This document shows positions 60,907-64,000 of a stretch of DNA of 64,000 nt, in pieces. Position 1 is the first letter of the stretch, and each line of letters begins with the position of its first letter. The notes beneath the pieces are model-generated. The model was not told the origin of the DNA and made no database searches. It saw only the letters and a list, made by a program, of their open reading frames with translations. Position numbers and translations under genes: made by a program. The stretch comes from Octopus sinensis (lineage: Eukaryota), in assembly GCF_006345805.1 (NCBI RefSeq), contig NC_043005.1, forward strand, positions 73,966,001 to 74,030,000. The letters run 5' to 3'.

Positions 60907-61353
60907 CTTCTGAAATATTAAAGCAAGCCTTCACCTGCAACCAGACAAAATAGTCTTCTGGTACACCTCCTTCTACAATTCCTTGAGATTCCAAAATAAT
61001 CTTCACAGCTGTTGCTTTTGGATAATTACTCAATATAAGGGGTCCTGTAATGTTGGTACCTCCCAGTGTCTTCTGGAATTCATTAGAGCCAGGTGTTTGC
61101 ACAAGAATTGTTACCTTACCGACACTACCCCACATGTCAACTTCAAGTAGTTCAACTCCTTCAGGTTTATCTGTCAATTTTATAGTAACACTTGGTTTTG
61201 GTTCAGAAGGTGATTTTGGTACTGGAACCTGCCAACCAGACGAGTCTGGTCTGATATTAGTTACAGGATGGTCTGGTGTATCAGGAGTTGATGATATGAA
61301 GGAATCAGGAATGATATTTATATCATTCATACCTTCTCTGACCACACAAGGTA
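60907..61353 (-). CDS. Mucin-like protein exon: Cys-bracketed discoidin / F5-8 type C-like domain
   Basis: TTTCCAG acceptor and G|GTAAGA donor; 447 nt, phase 1-1. PCVVREGMNDINIIPDSFISST...IRPDSSGWQV...VTIKL...KATAVKIIL...LQVKAC aligns by eye to the FA58C pattern C..GM...I.D..I.ASS...W...A..IRI...LE..GC. Confidence 0.85.
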
Positions 61354-61414
61354 CTGGAAAGAAAACAAACCAATATAAATTGTAACGTTATCAATTGTAC
61401 AAATCCATATATAA

Positions 61415-61800
61415 CATTAGGATAAACATTACTTAAATTTTATTTAGTTTAAATTAAGATATATTAAATAAATTTCAAATTATGAATTCAGATAAATAAA
61501 TTATATCAATCTATATTAACTATATATCTCAATTACATAATTATAAATGTAATGATGTTTATTCCTAATGAAACAGCTGTAGAAATTAATTAGATTATGA
61601 TCTATCAAATATTGGGATAGACATTACTTAAAATTAATTTACTTTAAACTGATATATATTAAATGAAATTCAAATTATGAATTTACATTAATAAATTATA
61701 TTAATTTATATTGACTAAATATCTTAATTACATAATTTAAAATCAATGATGCTTATTCCTCAAGAAACAGCTGTAGAAATTAATTACATTATGATGCATA
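61415..61800 (+). repeat. ~194-bp diverged tandem duplication (intronic)
   Basis: GAAACAGCTGTAGAAATTAATTA at 61570 and 61764; GATA(A/G)ACATTACTTAAA also recurs ~195 bp apart. Confidence 0.8.
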
Positions 61801-62314
61801 AATAAAATTTATGCCATTCTGCTTTCTATTCTAAATATATGTAAGCCCTTGGTTGATTTTTAACTGATTATGTATACGCAAGCCAGCCTCTACCACCTGA
61901 ATTTACTGGAATGTTTTAACGTGCTGAAGGTTAATTAATTAACATGGTCTTAATTAACATAGATGTATACTTTTTGGTTTTTTATATATCATCTTTCTTT
62001 ATATAGATGTATGCTAACATAAAGTATCAAATGACTAATGTATAATCAAATGACTAATGTATAATCAAATGATTAATATAGACAAGGTTTTACTTGATAA
62101 GGTGATAAAAATTAGTGCGGTACTTTTATTTTGTTACCTACAGCAGAGACAAAATAGTAGCTTTCGTTGATAGTTGAACAAAGGATGCTGGGAAAAGAAA
62201 CTCATTTAGTTTATTGTAGTTCATTTTGAACATGTTCATTCCAAACAACTAACTGAGGCTAAAATTAAGAGATATTTAAATACAAATGTTAAAATGGTAT
62301 ATTCCCATTTATAC

Positions 62315-62446
62315 CTGTTGTTGTTCTCTGTGTAGTGGATTTAGGGACAAGACTTGTTGATGTAGTTGTTTCTAAAAGATGAGTTGTAGCAGTGGGTGTT
62401 GTAACAGATGGAGTGGTCACTATAGTTGTTGTACTTGCTGACGTCA
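62315..62446 (-). CDS. Mucin-like protein exon, PTS (most 5' exon found in the window)
   Basis: AAATAG acceptor and G|GTATAA donor; 132 nt, phase 1-1. Encodes xTSASTTTIVTTPSVTTPTATTHLLETTTSTSLVPKSTTQRTTT. Confidence 0.8.
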
Positions 62447-62520
62447 CTATTTACATAAAGAAAGGGAAAACATTGTGTAATTAATATAAAAATTAAATTT
62501 ATTATCACAAATATCAACTA

Positions 62521-62563
<43 letters not shown>

Positions 62564-62604
62564 ATATAGGAACAAAAAAATGACACCAGAAAAGACAGAG
62601 ATGA

Positions 62605-62985
62605 TGTAATGAACTTACAGCTGTTTCTGTTCTAAGATGTGGTGGCCTGTTAATCCCATAGCTTCATCAGAGCCTTGACTATGAAGTGCACCCTCTCTGC
62701 ATGACTATATGTCTGCATAATTTTTCTTTTCTTATATTTCATTCTCATATAAACACATGTGCATATTTGCATACATTTTTTCTACATTTGGACAGATCTT
62801 TCCATAGGATTCAGTATTAGCTTTCTCACTCATAACACCTGTAGGTTCTGAAAATGTAACTTTCCTAAATAGGTGCACTTCGTATTCAAGGCTATGATGA
62901 AGTTATAGGACGTTACCCTGGGACTCCAGAAACAGTTCACCACATCCTATAGCAGAAACAGCTTCAGCTAATGAAGTTCATTATG
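62605..62985. mobile_element. Inverted-repeat element with two hammerhead-like motifs (Penelope pLTR-like remnant)
   Basis: 62605-62692 is the imperfect reverse complement of 62872-62985. Each arm carries (C/A)TGATGA...GAAACAGCT. Confidence 0.55.
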
Positions 62986-63026
62986 GAACATTTGGTTTTT
63001 TTTCTAGTGTCATCACTTTTTTGCTT

Positions 63027-63256
63027 ATTTCTTTATTGCCCACAAGGGGCTAAACATAGAGGGGACAAACAAGGACAGACTAAGGGATTAAGATGATTAC
63101 ATCGATCCCAGTGTGTAACTGGTACTTATTTTATCAACCCCAAAAGGATGAAAGGCAAAGTCGACCTCGGCAGAATTTGAACTCAGAACGTAATGGCAGA
63201 CAAAATACCGCTAAGAATTTCACCCGGCGTGCTAATGTTTCCGCCAGCTCACCACC
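63027..63256 (-). mobile_element. SINE family B monomer
   Basis: Typical body and tail. Confidence 0.88.
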
Positions 63257-63454
63257 TATTCTCGCCACTCCATACTCAAATAACATTGTGTTCTGTACTA
63301 TGTGTGCCTTGAGTTCTACTCCAGGTTATTAATCATACTACACCTAAGCAAAATACTAATATATATATATACATACACATGAATATATAAGTATGTATGT
63401 AAGTATACCTGCATGTATGTACTTATATATATATGTATGTATATATATATGTGT

Positions 63455-63745
63455 GTGGAGGCGCAATGGCCCAGTGGTTAGAGCAGCGGACTCGCAGTCG
63501 TAGGATCGCGGTTTCGATTCCCAGACCGGGCGATGTGTGTGTTTATTGAGCGAAAACACCTAAAAGCTCCACGAGGCTCTGGCAGGGGGTGGTGATCCCT
63601 GCTGTACACCTTCACCACTCTTTCTTCTGTTGGCCTGCTCGCTTAGCCAGCGGGGTGGCGTCATTCCAAGGCTAAAACAATGCGAACGCATTGTGACCAG
63701 CGATGTGTAGAAACATCTGATGGTCTGGTCGATCACGTGATCACG
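63455..63745 (+). mobile_element. SINE family C (H1+T3)
   Basis: TGGAGGCGCAATGGCCCAGTGGTTAGAGC...GCGGGGTGGCGTCATTCCAAGGCTAAAACAATGCG...CATTGTGACCAGCGATG. Confidence 0.85.
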
Positions 63746-64000
63746 TGATATATATATATGTATTTTTGTATATGTATATACATCATGGACTCTCCCATCG
63801 TTGGACAATACATGAGGGTTTGGCAATTTCCAAACGAACAACCACACAGATGATTTGTTTCTAATGATTAAATGTTTGTGTTGACATTAAGCTCACTCTC
63901 TCCATCAAATCGACATTATCTGTACACCAAGTGCACCCTGTGTCACATGTCAGACGACGAAATGATCACAGAGCAATGTGAAATGAAGTGCTTTGCTCAA

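Overview
AT-rich, repeat-dense animal genomic DNA. The SINE, LINE and microsatellite families look like those of octopus (coleoid cephalopod); this is inferred from my recall of the repeat families, not from a search. The left ~42 kb is intergenic. It holds an intron-containing tRNA-Lys(UUU)-like gene beside a tRNA-Glu-like pseudogene, a (TAA)n hub filled with R4/Dong-clade retroelement fragments and a ~555-bp non-coding element, three Tx1/L1-clade LINE copies, and Tc1/mariner, Helitron, RTE and MITE remnants, two long fold-back palindromes, and many tRNA-derived SINEs. The right ~20 kb holds the 3' part of one minus-strand gene, a gel-forming-mucin-like protein. I reconstructed eight coding exons, all joined by phase-1 GT-AG introns: PTS, a Cys-bracketed discoidin/F5-8C-like module, a ~5.5-kb PTS tandem-repeat exon with frameshifts that look like assembly errors, more PTS, and an 11-Cys C-terminal cystine knot. 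The best leads are: (1) a Tx1 LINE 3' tail shared with an abundant SINE that appears to insert at a fixed site inside its own family; (2) minimal Penelope-type hammerhead ribozyme motifs, one with a compensatory U3-A8 core; (3) the intron-bearing tRNA-Lys; (4) the mucin architecture. No CRISPR, rRNA or prokaryotic features were seen. Repeat boundaries are approximate (about +/-10 bp).
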